DNA from: Octopus bimaculoides
Lineage: Eukaryota
DNA: 64,000 bases
Direction of reading: 5' to 3'
Assembly (NCBI RefSeq): GCF_001194135.2
Contig: NC_068985.1
Location: 21,772,865-21,836,864 of the forward strand
Below are positions 11,542 through 25,208 of this stretch, piece after piece; the stretch's first letter is position 1; each line of letters starts with the position of its first letter. A model generated the notes under the pieces. That model saw only the letters and a list, made by a program, of their open reading frames with translations, was not told the origin of the DNA and made no database searches. The position numbers and the translations under genes are program-made.

Positions 11542-13207
11542 TTTCCTGGTATATATAGTAAGTAAATAAACCCCAGAATGTTACACTTGTCTTTACTCAA
11601 AGACTAATAATACAATAATATGCTTCCTTGTTGAAAGCCAGAATGAAAATTGGTGGTTCTAGGACAACTGCCTCCTGACAACTTCTCTCTTGATCATTTG
11701 GTGGTGATGATGATGATGATGATGAATGATGAATGATTAATAATTGTCAGAGTGCAATTATCTGTTGGCAGCTGTCCAAAGATACAATTGTCCCTGACAT
11801 CCAGTACTGAACTTGTTGGTCACCCCACCAAATATTTGAATCTGTGCCATAGGTTGGTCAAATAGAGCTGTTTAGCATTGTTTTATTTTATAGTTCGAAG
11901 ATGAAGAGAGACAGGTGTAAAATTTACTGCCCCTTTTAAACTGATAAGGTCAATGTAATTGACATTCAGTATGAACTTCTGTAGATTGATGCCAGTAGGG
12001 GAAACGTAGGTAGAAGGACAGTTCCAGAAGACTGAAATTCTGAGGAGGAATGATTGATCAAAATGTTGAAAGCTGGGTTTGCAGAATGGGAAACAATATA
12101 AATAACAAGTAGAGGAGTTTTCATTGTTTAACCATAGGTTAGCCCTAACTGAGCAGGTTTATGATCAAAAGCATTCCAACTATGACCTCCTCTCCTTTTA
12201 CATATAGAAAACATCCAATATACCCCTTCCTAAGATATGATATTTGAGGGAGAATAAACTGCTGCTTCTAGCAAGCCAAGCAACTATGTATAGAGGCTCC
12301 CTCGTTGGCTCAAATTGTAGAGAGGATGTTGTTGTTGCTTCACTACATGTCTCATGGTTTTTGGAATTACATAAAGCATGTTGATGAGTTACAGTTAATG
12401 TTAAAATTGCATTATTTAAGAATTTAGTTGTAGTGTTGGCACTAAAACTGTTATATAAATAATGGAATGTTTATCTAAGAAATTCGTTGTTCTCGAATCG
12501 TCTAATGTCGTCATAGTTACTTTTTACTTCTTTTTTCAACTGTTTTTTAGACCAATTTTTTTTCTTCACTCAGTTTCTTTTTTTGCATTTTAAGTCTATT
12601 ACCTTCCTATTTCTTCTTTGATATTTGTCTTCTTTTATCAATTAATCATTTGCTTTTCTGGTTTACATCTTCTGTTTTATTTTTGTTTAATCTTGTGTAT
12701 GTCTAATACTTATTTGCTTCTAATACATATTTATTTCAATATTGTAATATTTTTTTTCATGATTGTTTTCAGAAAAATAGTAATTTGCTGAATATACATC
12801 AAAGAATGCAACATTTTTATGAGGTGTGTATAAAGTTTCTACATATCCGAGCATGGCCAATGCCAGTGCTGCCTGACTGGCTCCTGTGCCGGTGGCATGT
12901 AAAAAGCACTATTTGAACATGGTTGTTACCAGAACCACCTGACTGGCCCTGGTGCCAGTGGCATGTAAAAAGCACCCACTACTCCATTAGGAAGGGCATC
13001 CAGCTGTAGAAACCTTGCCAGAACAGATTGGAGCCTGGTGCAGCCTCCTGGCTTGCCAGTCCTCAGTCAAACCGTCCAATCCATGCCAGCATGGAAAGTA
13101 GACATTAAACGATGATGATGATTCCTAGTTATGATTTGGAATGTGCAAGCAAGAAAGCAAAATTTTCTGTAATTTGGAGTGAAAAATCGAAATTATAAAT
13201 ATACAGA

Positions 13208-13640
13208 TACAGGCATGGCTGAGTGGTTAAGATGATTGCTTTGCAACTATGTTTCAGGTTCAGTCCCACTGTGCAGCACCTTGGGCAAGTGTCTTCTATT
13301 ATAGCCCTGGCTGACTAATGTCTTGTGAATGAATTTTGTAAACAGAAACTGTGTGGAAGCCTATTGTGTATGTGTATGTATGTGTGTGTGTGCATGTATG
13401 TGTGTATGAACATATGTATATGTATATATGTGTGTGCGTTTGTGTTTGTAGCTCCACCACTTGACAAATGATGTTGGTTTGTGTACGTCCATGTTTCTCA
13501 TCGGTTCAGCAAAAGAGCTGATAGAATAAATACTAGACTTAAAAAAATAAGTACTGGGGTCAATTTGTTCAACTGAACTCTTCAAGGCAGTGCCCCAGCA
13601 TGGCCATGTCCGATGATGGAAACAAGTAAAATGTAAAATA
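13208..13640 (+). mobile_element. tRNA-head SINE with internal (TG/TA)n tract
   Basis: ggcatggctgagtggttaag...gcaccttgggcaagtgtcttc...microsatellite...ccagcatggcc...aacaagtaaaa. Confidence 0.8.
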
Positions 13641-14365
13641 TACGAACAAAAGCAAATATCAATTATGATACTCACTTGTAACTGATTTCTGAAGCTTTTA
13701 ATTTTCTGTTGAGGATTTTGAGTAAATATTGTAAAAACACCAACTATCATCAAAGAGTTACAACTCCAATAATTAGCTAGGTGCAGGCATGGCTTCTCAA
13801 TCACCTGGTTTCATGTTCAGTCCCATTGTGTGGCACCTTGAGCAAATGTCTTTTCCTTAGCCCTGGGCCAACTAAAGTCTTATAAGTGAAAATTTAGTAG
13901 ATGGAAACTGAAAGAAGCTTGTTCCATGCATTCATTCATTCATTCATTCATATATACATACATGGAGGTATGTGTGTGCATGTATTGTGTGTGTATATGT
14001 GAGTTTTGAGCAGTGATGTCATTTCTCCCTGTCAACAAACCATCTGCTGGCTTTGTGCCTTCGAAGATGTGTGGAGATCCCTTACTTGAAAAATATGAAG
14101 AGCATCCAACTGTAAAACAATGCCTCAGTAGTATATTCATCTAACTCATGTTAACAAAGAAAAACAGAAGTAAAAATGAGTGAATAAACACTAAGATGGA
14201 GTCAAATAAGCTCTTAAATTTCGATAATGCTGAAAAAGCAGATGCATGGCTAATACACTAATGATTCTGTCACCTCGCTGCTTTACATATTTATATATTG
14301 AAAAGAAAAAGCTTGCAATTTAATTTATGTTTGTGAAACATGAATATACAATTTCTGTTTAACAG

Positions 14366-14433
14366 GATTCCAGTGGAGAGGAAGAAAGCTATTCTGAAAA
14401 AGAATATGAGTCAAATGAACAAAGAGAAAACAT
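14366..14433 (+). CDS. PLAT-domain gene exon (DSSGEEESYSEKEYESNEQREN)
   Basis: tttctgtttaacag acceptor, AT|gtaggt donor; phase 2 matches 15933. Confidence 0.75.
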
Positions 14434-15032
14434 GTAGGTGTCATACTTATTTAACTTATTGAAAAAAATAATGAGCAACTAAATAGTTAACTACATATAT
14501 AAAATTACATATCAGATTTACAGGTATTATATTTTTGTTTATATTACAACAGAGGATATTTGGTTAAGATGAGTTTGCTTATGTCACGATGACATGAGCA
14601 AATGTTTGTATGCATATAATATTGGAGAGAAAAAAATGTATTGGTGATGTGAATAAGGCATGATACTTCATTGGTTGTATGAACAAAGTCTATTGTGTGC
14701 TTGTGGCCTTGTGTGATGGCTGTCTGGCTGAATCATTGTTGAAGTATCTGTAAGTGCTTGGATAGAAAATGAGTGGTGTGACGAGGATATTTGAGTGTTT
14801 ATCAGTATATGTATGGGAAGGTGTTTAAAGGAAAAGAAATCAGTTATTGATACTGGACCAAGCATTTTGGAAGATTTTGCCAATAAAGCCAAGAATCAAG
14901 AGCTCCACATTGTTGTACAAACTTGTAAACAGTGGGTCAGATGAGAGAAGACTCAGAACTGAAGTTGCAGAATACAGGCCTGAATGACTTGGTGTTGTTG
15001 TGCCAGACATCTAACAAATGTGCTCTAAAACA

Positions 15033-15435
15033 ACCAGCCAACCAACCAGCCAACCAACCAGCCAGCCAACCAACCAACCAACCAACCAGCCAACTAACCA
15101 GCCAACCAGCCAACCAACTAACCAGCCAGCCAACCAACCAACCAACCAGCCAACTAACCAGCNNNNNNNNNNNNNNNNNNNNNNNNNNNNNNNNNNNNNN
15201 NNNNNNNNNNNNNNNNNNNNNNNNNNNNNNNNNNNNNNNNNNNNNNNNNNNNNNNNNNNNNNNNNNNNNNNNNNNNNNNNNNNNNNNNNNNNNNNNNNNN
15301 NNNNNNNNNNNNNNNNNNNNNNNNNNNNNNNNNNNNNNNNNNNNNNNNNNNNNNNNNNNNNNNNNNNNNNNNNNNNNNNNNNNNNNNNNNNNNNNNNNNN
15401 NNNNNNNNNNNNNNNNAACCAACCAACCAACCAAC
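15033..15435. repeat. (CCAA/CCAG)n tetranucleotide array spanning a gap
   Basis: Direct reading; explains the QPTN/LVGW ORFs. Confidence 0.95.
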
Positions 15436-15932
15436 TTCCAACCAGGTTCCATTGAGTTGACATTTGATACAGTAGATGACAGGTTTGAAGATACTGTCAT
15501 CTACTGCATGTGACATAGAAAGGCGATCTAGGATCATCTGCGGTGATGATGTTTATGTCTTTTAGTAATCATGGGACAAACATTGCAATGGGATCAGAAA
15601 CAGGCAAAGGATCCAGGTTGGGTATGGTGAGGGGTGAAGGAACTGCATTGAGGATAATAATGTATTTAGCGCATTATTCAATGTGTCATTTTTTTTAATT
15701 ACAAAAGGGTGTGATTTTAAGGATACCTGGCTCCTAATTTTAGCAGGCTGAATATCTGCATAGAAACTCCCTCGTAGGTTTATGTTTCTATGTTGTTATT
15801 AGCATTAGTGGTGGTGATGATAATCAATTTAATAGTAAAAAATTTTGTTTTATTTTCAAAAGAAAAAAAAAAAAGAAAAATGGAATTTTCTTTGTATTAT
15901 CTTTTATGTCTTTTCATATCACCACTTTCTAG

Positions 15933-16257
15933 AGATTTAACCCAGCAGTCAGACAATAATGCTGAATGTAATCGCAACTCTGACAGTCCTGTCTCAGAAA
16001 AAGGAAAATCCCATTCAGGTGCAGACTTTAATCACAAGGATGAGATAGTTACTGCTGCAACATGTAGGATCCTTACTGAGAAACACATAAAGCTGCACAC
16101 TGAGGGAGCTGTCTCTACTTTCAAGAAGAAGACATCTGATCGATTGTCACCCACTCAGATCAATAATATACTGCCAGAACCATACGATGTTTTGGTTGAA
16201 AATTCCACCCAAACTGATTTCACAGAGTCTGTCGATCAGAATATTCATCAACAAGCA
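15933..16257 (+). CDS. PLAT-domain gene exon (IDLTQQSDNN...NIHQQA)
   Basis: ctttctag acceptor; 108 open codons inside ORF 15790-16275; gttaag donor in phase 0. Confidence 0.7.
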
Positions 16258-16881
16258 GTTAAGTCATTTTCATAATCAAGTTCATTGTCATCATCATTTC
16301 AATGTTCAGCTTACTAGGGTTGCATTAACTTTTGTCAATGTAGATTTATTATGGGTGGATACTTTTCTTGTTGCTAACCCTCAATTATTTCCAAGTAAGG
16401 TAATATTTCTCCTTGGCTGAACATGTTTTTGTGGAAGACTGGAAATGAGTTTATGATGTTGACACTTGCTTATAACTATAATGTGATGTCGATACAAGGG
16501 GACAGAAATACACATGCATGCACACACGCACACGCACACAAAATGTCTTTCTTCCAGTTTCTGATTACCAAATCCATTCACAAGGCTTTGGTCTGCTTTG
16601 GGGCTATAACAGAAAACACTTTCTCAAGATATCATGTAGTGGGACTGAACCCCAAAACTACATGGTCGGGAAGCAAACTTCTTAATCGCACAGCCATACC
16701 TGCACAAGTTATATTTATCAAAATGAATAGGCTTCAAATTTTGGCCTCAAGGCCAGCAATTTCGTGGGGAGGGGATAAGTCAATTATATCAACCCCAGCG
16801 CTCAACTGGTACTTATTTTATCGACCATGAAAGGATGAAAGGCAAAGTAGACCCTGGCTTTATTTGACCTCAGAACATATA

Positions 16882-17110
16882 CTTCTTTATTGCCCACAAG
16901 GGGCTAAACATAGAGGGGACAAACAAGGACAGACAAAGGGATTAAGTCGATTACATTGACCCCAGTGCATAACTGGTACTTAATTTATCGACCCCAAAAG
17001 GATGACAGGCAAAGTCGACCTCGGCGGAATTTGAACTCAGAACGTAACGGCAGACGAAATACCGCTAAGCATTTCACCCGGCGTGCTAACGTTTCTGCCA
17101 GCTCGCCGCC
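16882..17110 (-). mobile_element. Young full-length Deu/Nin-core SINE
   Basis: Close reverse complement of 5723-5960. Confidence 0.85.
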
Positions 17111-17409
17111 TCAGAACATACAGCTGAATGAAATGCTGTTAAGTATTTCGCATGGCATGCTAATGGGCAGCTCACCACCTTTCAAATGTGTAATATAAAT
17201 GAAAAGAAGGATACATAAGCTCTGTGCTTGTTGGGATGCAGTTCTTTTGAAGTTAGTTTATAGCTGCTTGTTTTCACAGATATCCTACCAATCATAATAA
17301 TTATGATCCACACAGCACTTTAACTGCTCATTTATAATGCATGAAAAGAGCCATATCCATTTATTATGTGTGTCATAGCTATGTTTTATTGATTTTGTTT
17401 CTATCAAAG

Positions 17410-17592
17410 GTTAACAATGAAATAACATCTGGCTCAGTCACTAATTATAAAATTGTGGTAAAAACTGGTAATAAATTAGGTGCTAGCACCAGAGCTCAAG
17501 TTAAAATAGTGCTATATGGAGATCGTGGAAGAACTAAACCTATAGATTTGCTTGAATCGAAGACAAACAAGATAAAATTTCAAAAGGGAAAG
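17410..17592 (+). CDS. PLAT/LH2 domain exon 1 (YKIVVKTGNKLGASTRAQVKIVLYGDRGRT...KFQKGK)
   Basis: Classic PLAT N-terminal motif Y..V.TG...GA.T.A.V.I.LYG..G; AAG|gtaaat donor. Confidence 0.9.
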
Positions 17593-18028
17593 GTAAATAT
17601 CTTTTTTTTTTATAAAGTTAGTATGAAAAACTTAATTAATCATATTGATCTATTTTCATTTAGTTATTGATTTTGACTCTGAAAGTAATTAAAATACTAA
17701 ATTCATTGTTTTAAGTTAGAAAAATGAAAGCTTTTCTGTTAGCATATTGACATATTTAAATTCCAAAAACTCATTTAATATTTCTTAATCCCTAATGATC
17801 AACTACTACTTCAGTCCCTGTACATTAATTCTAGTTGTGTTATGTGAAATTTAATCTTTGAGCTGTTTTAATGATGATGGATAGCAATCTTTTCTATAAT
17901 TTTATGTTTGTGTTAATCTCGCCAAATATATATTTCACTCTAAAATGCTTGGTCAGCTTGGAATCCCTTTAGAGGTTTATTGACAACAAATAATATCTGA
18001 AGTTATATATTTTATTTTAATTTTTCAG

Positions 18029-18107
18029 GAGGATCATTTCTTTGTGGAGTCATTTTCTGTTGGTCATTTGGAAAAGATTCGCATTGGCCATGACCGTCCT
18101 GAGTTGC
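18029..18107 (+). CDS. PLAT/LH2 domain exon 2 (EDHFFVESFSVGHLEKIRIGHDRPEL)
   Basis: tttttcag acceptor and gtaagt donor; LEKIRIGHD motif; phase 0 to 1. Confidence 0.9.
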
Positions 18108-18413
18108 GTAAGTTGCTTTTATAGCCTAAGTGATTACTTTTTTTTATCCAATAAATCTATATTATAAAAGTAGTAGATGACATTGCTAAGCCTGTACTTC
18201 ATAATCAATATGTCGTTATTATTAATTTCTTCTGGTTAGTTACATTATCTGCAAATTTATAGGAAAAAGAAAATAATTTATATAATGATATTCATATCTT
18301 TCTTTTGTATGAAGTAAAAAGGCTTCAAACAGGAATCAAAACTTAATTTTAGACTCTAATTACAAGACACTTGCCTCATTGTAAATAATAATAATGATTG
18401 TATATCAATCATC

Positions 18414-21085
18414 ATCATCATCATCATCATCATTTAGTGTCTGCCTTTCATGCTAGCATGGGTGGGACAGTTTGGGAGGAGTTGGCAGGCAGAGGCCTGC
18501 ACCAGACTTCTGTGACTGTTTGGGCAGGATTTTTACAGCTGGATGACCTTCCTAACACCAACCACCCAGCAGAGTGGACTTAGTGCTTTTTACATGGCAC
18601 AAGCACAGGGTAGGTCAGTTTTGGCAAGGTTTTTACAGCTGGATGCCCTTCCAAATGCCAACCACTTTACAGTGTGGACTGGATGTTTTTGAAGTGGTGC
18701 CTGCACTGACAGGGTCACCAAGTAATCTGCAAGACAAAAATTTTTTGAGAGGGGAGGGGCATTGGAGGAGGTGATCTTATATCAGATGATGAGGGGTTAT
18801 AGTACAACAGAGAAACAGAAACAGGTGTCTTGCTGTAGAGGAGGTACAAGGTTACCCAGCTGGGGGGAAAGAGGGAGAGAGAGAGATCAAGAATGAGGAT
18901 AGAAACAGGTATGTTGCTGCAAAGGAGATACATGGTTACCCAAAGGAGATACATGGTTACCCAAAGGAGATACTTGGTTACCTGACCAGAGGGAAGTGCT
19001 GGAGAAGGGAGAGAGAGAGAGTGGGAGGCATCAGAATAGAGATGTTGGCAGTGCCAGGCATACTTTCAAGGGATGGGGATCAGAATATAAATGGGATGGT
19101 TGATTAAAGGCAGAGAGAGATATAGATGGTGGCAAGTGCCAGGGCATACCCTTGAGGTTCAAAGGTCATAATATATTTGGCAGGATATTGCCAAAGAAGC
19201 ATGATTAGAGAGTAGGGAGGGGAAGTGAATGGTGAAAATCTGGGTATATAGAATGGGCGGGGTGCTACCAGATAGCAATGATATAGAGAGACAGGGCCAT
19301 GAGGACAGGATTGGGGAGTGAGAGGTAGGCATAGTGCATGAAGGAGGAAATGTGAAGAAGAGAAGAGATTTAGAGATGTAGATTGGTTTGTTGGGGAAGG
19401 GTGTGTGGCAAGTTTTCTTGTTACATGTGGGTAGAACATGTGGAGGCTACCAGATAGCAATGTTACAGTGGGACAGGGTCAAGAGGACGGGATTGGAGAG
19501 TGGGAGGTAAGCATAGTGCATGAAGTGGAAATGTGAGGAAGAGCTGTAGAGACATGGTTTGTTTTGTTGTGGTAGAGTGTGTGAGAAGATTTCTTGTTAT
19601 GTGTGGGTGGGACACACAGCACTTCTAGAAATCAGTTTCGTTGATATGGGCGGGTATTCTCAACAACAATTTTGGTCCTTGCTAGGTTAATTTTATGGCC
19701 CTTTGATTCCAGGTTTTGCTTCCATACCTGGAATTTATTCTCTAATTCTGCTAAGGATTCTGCAATAAGTGCAAGGTCATCAACATATAGCAGTTCCCAT
19801 GGGCGTCCAGTTTTGAATTCCTCTGTTACAGTCTGGAGGACTATAACGAATAAGGGTGGGCTGAGAACTGAGCTTTGGTGAACTCCTACTTGTACGCTAA
19901 ATTCATTACTGTATTCATGGCCGACTCTCACCTTACTGACAGCACCACTGTACATGACTTGTACAGCTTTAACAAGCCACTCCTCTACTCCTAATTTCCT
20001 TAGAGATCACCATATAACAGATCGGACAACTCTGTCGAAAGCTTTCTCCAGGTTGACAAAGGCTAAGTACAATGGCTTACTTTTGACCAAGTACTTTTCC
20101 TGCAGCTGTCTCACTAGGAAGATGACATCTGTGGTTCTCTTGCCAGGCACAAAGCCAAACTGCATTTCATCTAGTTTATTTCTATTTCTAATCAATTGAG
20201 CTACAACCCTCTCTGTAATTTTCATGACTTGGTCTAGCAGTTTAATTCCTCTGTAGTTGTTTCTATCTAAGGCATCACCTTTACCCATGGTGCCTTTCTG
20301 AATAACCTGATTAACAATATGGGTGACTAAGCTGTATCCTACACCACTGGAAATTTTAATCACCTCAGCAGTGATTCTTGATGGCCCAAGGGCTTTCCCT
20401 GTCTTCATATCCTTAATTGCCTTATCTTTTATGTTGCTATCAACTCTGATGGCTGGTCCCTCAATTGGTTAGATATTTGGTAGACTCTCCTTCTTCCATT
20501 CATTTTCCACATTTAGTAACCTTTCATAGTAACACTTCCATGCTTCTTTCTTCTCTGAGTCACTAAGTGCAAGCACACCATTATCCATTCACACACATTT
20601 CTCACCCACCCATCTCTATTCTCTCTGATACACTGCTTTGCAATCTTGAACACCTCATGCCTCTGATTCTCAGTTGAACATTTGCAAATCTCTTACCTTC
20701 AGCTATTCTTTTTGCTATGTAAACCTGACGTCTAGCTGCCCTTTTGGCTACCTGATATAATTCTCTGCTTCCACTGCTTTTTTAGTCTTTCCAGATCTGT
20801 CTATTTGCTTTTACAGTACTGTCTACCTCCTTGTTCCACTACCTTGTCACCCTTGGTCTAGCTGGGACTCTGCACCAACCACAGATTTCATCTGTAGCCC
20901 TCACTAAATTTGTCTCACATGAACTTTTAATTGTTCTCTATGCTATATGTTCCCAACTCTTCCTCTCTTTCATCAGAAGCTTCCATTAGGAAATCTTTAA
21001 ATTTCTGTCTGTTTGCTAGGTCTTTGAGCTTCCATAATCTTCTTTTCCAGACTGATTTATTTCTGCGAGTCTTTCTAGCCCTTGC
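18414..21085 (-). mobile_element. Degraded RTE-clade LINE (RT region + long 3' UTR + (GAT)n tail), antisense in intron
   Basis: NYRGIKLL, QFGFVPG, LEKAFDRV, GVHQ.SVLSP.LF and LLYVDDL motifs (19632-20408). Internal deletions. 3' UTR homologous to 48885-49620. Confidence 0.88.
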
Positions 21086-21446
21086 TATTTATTTGTAATA
21101 TTTTACCAATCACCTTATAATATTACTCATATTTCCAGAAGAATTTCATATTAGAAATAACAAAATTCATACAACAAATGAACTTGTAAACTTATATTTG
21201 TCATTAATTTGAGACAGGAAAGAGAAAAAGTAAAATAGGTTCCATCATTAGAATTCTTGCTCTTTACAGTATCTAATTGCTACTTTTAATGTATAATGTT
21301 ACTTTACAGTAAAAATCTTAACAGTTAATTCTTTCATAAATTCATTTGAATTTAAAAAGTAAATAGAATTCTTTACATTTATTAATCTTCCATGTCAAAT
21401 AACCAATGGTATTACATTTTCTTATTTTTTTCATATGTACATTTAG

Positions 21447-21599
21447 CATATGCTTGGTTCTTAGACCAAATAACAATATATGACCTTCAGCAGAAATGGA
21501 CCTATGAATTTCCTTGTGCTCAATGGCTTTCTGGACAAGGTGGAGACAGAAAGACATGCCGTGACCTTGTACTTGGTCCCTACTGTGCTACTAGTGAAG
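21447..21599 (+). CDS. PLAT/LH2 domain exon 3 (YAWFLDQITI...YEFPCAQWLS...DRKTCRDL)
   Basis: WFLD and FPC..WL PLAT motifs; catttag acceptor and gtgaga donor; phase 1 to 1. Confidence 0.9.
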
Positions 21600-22034
21600 G
21601 TGAGATCTATGAGGGCCTTTCTTGTAATACCATTTTAAAGTAGTTGTTTACTCATTTTATCTTTACGGCAAGTTATTATATATAAAGTTGGTTACTAATA
21701 TATTCCTAAGTATTGTAGAGTAAAGGTAGACACTTGATGAAAAGAGTTTGTAGCTGAAGTTCAGTTTTCAGTTAAAGCTATTTCACTTATTGCTCTTGGC
21801 ATCACAACTGCCATTCCATCCTTACCTGAACTTACTAGGAACAAGCATCTACAAACATATATCCCTGATCATAAAAGGTCAACCGATTGATTCTATTGAT
21901 TACACAACCAGTGGTCCTTGTTCTTTCTTCTCATTTTAATCACAGCTTATAATGTCTAAAAGTATAAAATTAAAATATATTCACACTATTTCTATAGATT
22001 TTTATATTTACTACACTATTTGTATTTGTCCATA

Positions 22035-22150
22035 GCTAGACATGTTTTTTGTGGAAGACTGGAAGCGAACAGCTTCACTTGTATAACGATGATGCTCATT
22101 TACAACCACCACACGATGTCTAGACAAAGATACACACGACTCCCTCATAT
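22035..22150 (+). repeat. Short interspersed repeat (gtggaagactggaa...tctagacaa); copies at about 16420, 36090, 56120
   Basis: Recurring motif of about 110 bp; class not determined. Confidence 0.55.
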
Positions 22151-23915
22151 CACTGAGAGTTAAAACACCTGAAAGTTACGGACAGGGGAGACAACTCGCC
22201 TCTAGTCCCATTCAGGAGTGATGGATAGTGATATTTGCCGTTTTTGTGGCTTACCAACATCACATATCTGAACTGAATCACTAGTGTATGACTATATACA
22301 AATAGCATAAGAACCATTTGCTGGCATACTACGCTGAGGAATACATAAGATTGAATTCAATTATGAATTAAAAGTAGCTCTAATGTTGTAAACATTATTG
22401 ATCACACATAATCAATGTATATGTTTTGCTTGTTCACTAGTTTACTGCAGTACAATTCTCTGGGCACAACTCCCTCATAGTACTGATGGGCTTATGCAAT
22501 GACAAGTGACTGAAACAACTGGCGATATGCTGCGTTTGAGAAGATCTGTCAAGCCAAGTGAGATTGTAGTTGTGGCTGTTGTCAGTGTCGCGTAACTGGC
22601 ACATAAAAGGCACCCTTCAAACTTTGGGCAATATGCTGTGCTTGAGAAGACCTATCAAGCCAAGTGAAATCGTAGTCGTGGTCGATGCCAGTGCCATTTA
22701 ATTGGTACCTGTGTTGGTGGCATGTAGAAAGTTCTGTTCAAGTGTTGGGCCTCACGGAGGCAATGACAAGTGACCAAGACCTTTGGCGATAAACCGTGCT
22801 TGAGAAGACCTGTCAAGCCAAATGAGATCATAGTCGTGGCCGATGCTGGTGTCATATCAATGGCACCTGTGCCAGTAGCATGTAAAAAGCACCCACTACA
22901 CTCTCAGAGTGGTTCGCATTAGGAAGCGCATCCAGCCCTAGAGACCATACCAAATCAGATTGGAACCTCATGCAGCTCCCCAGCTTACCAGTTCTCAGTC
23001 AAACCGTCTAAGTCATGCCAATATGGAAAATGGACATTAAATGATGATGATGATATATAATCATCATCATCATTGTTTGACGTCTACTTTCCATGCTGGC
23101 ATAGGCTGAATGGTTTGACATGGAGCCGACCAGCTGGGAGCTGTCCAGATACCAATTGTTTGTAGTGGCATGGTTTCTACAGCTTGATGCTCTTTCTAAC
23201 GCCAAAATATATATACATATATATATGATAGACTTGTTTCAGTTTCCATCTACCAAATCTACTCACAAGATTTTGGTCAGTGACGGGCTTACGCAAAGTG
23301 CCATGTAGTGGGATTGTACTCAAGACCACATGGTTGGGAAGCAAGTTTGTTAACCAACCAGCCATGCTTGTGCTTATAAACAGATGCTAAAATCTAAGCT
23401 ACACTGATTTTCTTTTTATAGGATTTGTAAGTTGTCAATTATTCTGTTTGGTTTTGTATTCCAATTTTAAATCATTTATTTTTTACTGGTTTTATTTTAG
23501 TTGCTGGATTATTGCCATGCTTGGTCATAAAGTTTTCTATAGATTATGATTCAGTAAATAATAGGGCAATGGGATAATTATTCTGTTGCTATTTTCAATA
23601 GACAAAGTTCTATGGCAAATAAGTGAATAATAGAAATGATTCCCATATTTTGATCAGAAATTATACTATGATTATTTTCATGACACACTGTGAAATGTTT
23701 GGCATTAGGAAGGTTATCCAGCCATAAAAACTAAGCCAAAGTAAAAACTGGAGATCGATGAGGCCCCTTCAACACATCAGTTCCTATCAAAGCATTCAAC
23801 CCATGCCAGCATTGAATGTGGACATTAAATGTTGATGATGATGACAATTAGATATCAAAAATAAATATACTTTATTTTTTTGTTGTTTTGTTATTGGGTT
23901 GTTGTTTATTTACAG

Positions 23916-24077
23916 ATATTAATAATGTTCCAGTTGATCCTCTCATTCAGTTATTATCAGAAACTGAAAAAATTGCTGAAAAAAACCTTGATACTAATAA
24001 TACATCAGATTCAAATCACATCACTTTGTATGATAGACTTTATATTAGGGAATCTACTGATGAGGAGAGCACCGAGG
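23916..24077 (+). CDS. PLAT-domain gene penultimate exon (DINNVPVDPL...DEESTE)
   Basis: tttatttacag acceptor and G|gtaagt donor; phase 1 to 1. Confidence 0.8.
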
Positions 24078-24939
24078 GTAAGTGAGACATTTGTTTGATG
24101 AAATACTTTTGATGCCATTCCCAAGAATATTATTATTTAACTGACATTAAATAATGTCGTTTTTAACATCTATTTTTTAAGTATTTTTATTTGGTTTAAT
24201 CGTGATGAAGAAGTTGTACATAGGCCCTCCAAAACTGGTAAAGTCAATGCAGTTAATGTCCTTTTTGAACAGTTGCAAGTTGACAGTTGCAATAAAAACA
24301 AGAGCATCTTTGACCTTGCCACCAAGAGTGGTCCTATCAGGAATTTAAAACTCTCGACAGCATCGCTCTCAGAATCAATGGTCCATGCAAGCCCCTCCAA
24401 TGTAGCTGGGGAAAAATACTATGATTCATAGGGAATAGTGCATCATTTAGTTTCCTGGTGCTTTTTCATTGCTGTTCATTGTTGGTTCAATATCCTCAGA
24501 CCAGCTTGCATTCTTTCTCTGATCTATGGATATTGAACCAACAATAGGCAACAATAAAAAAGCACCAGAAAACTAGAGAATTCTTAAAGTTGCCATTATT
24601 TCAGTAGTAAGTATTACTTTATATCTTTTCAGCTAATATTAAGAAACGCAAAGGTGATGAGCTGGCAGAATCATTAGCATGCTAGGCAAAATGCTTAGCA
24701 GCATTTCATTAATCTTTATGTTCTGAGTTCAAATTCCACTGGGATCAACTTTGTCTTTCATCCTTTCAGGGTTATAATAATACACACCAGTGTAATCAGT
24801 TTATCCCCACCCCAAAAATTGTTAATCTTTTACCAAAATTTGAAACCTATTTTAAGAAATGCACCACTGAAGATTTTAAAATTTATTTCAATATGAATAC
24901 TGACTATAATTTTTTTTTCTTCATCCATTTCATTTTTAG

Positions 24940-25208
24940 AATCATCAGAATCAAATGAAAGCTGTACATCAGAGGAATATGAAAGTGAAAAGAAAGTAAT
25001 CTCTGTACAAAACTATGTGACAGTTGAAACCCAGACTGTAAATGTAAACAATAAGCCTCACATGACAACTAACATTCCACAAACGACCTCATATGTAAGT
25101 AAAACATCGAAATCGAAGTCCAAGCATAAAACTACAAAGTCTAGCAGTTCTAGACAAAGCAGCCTTGATACTTCAACAGAGGATTCAAGTTCAACATCAG
25201 CTGATTAA
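24940..25208 (+). CDS. PLAT-domain gene terminal exon, Ser/Thr/Glu-rich tail with stop
   Basis: catttttag acceptor; 89 codons to TAA; AATAAA at 25390-25395. Confidence 0.8.

Noticed and set aside
22500-23055. Repeated tggcac/gagaagacc units resembling a CRISPR-like array
   Set aside because: Irregular units inside RTE 3' UTR copies in a eukaryotic genome; no constant repeat-spacer period and no cas genes.
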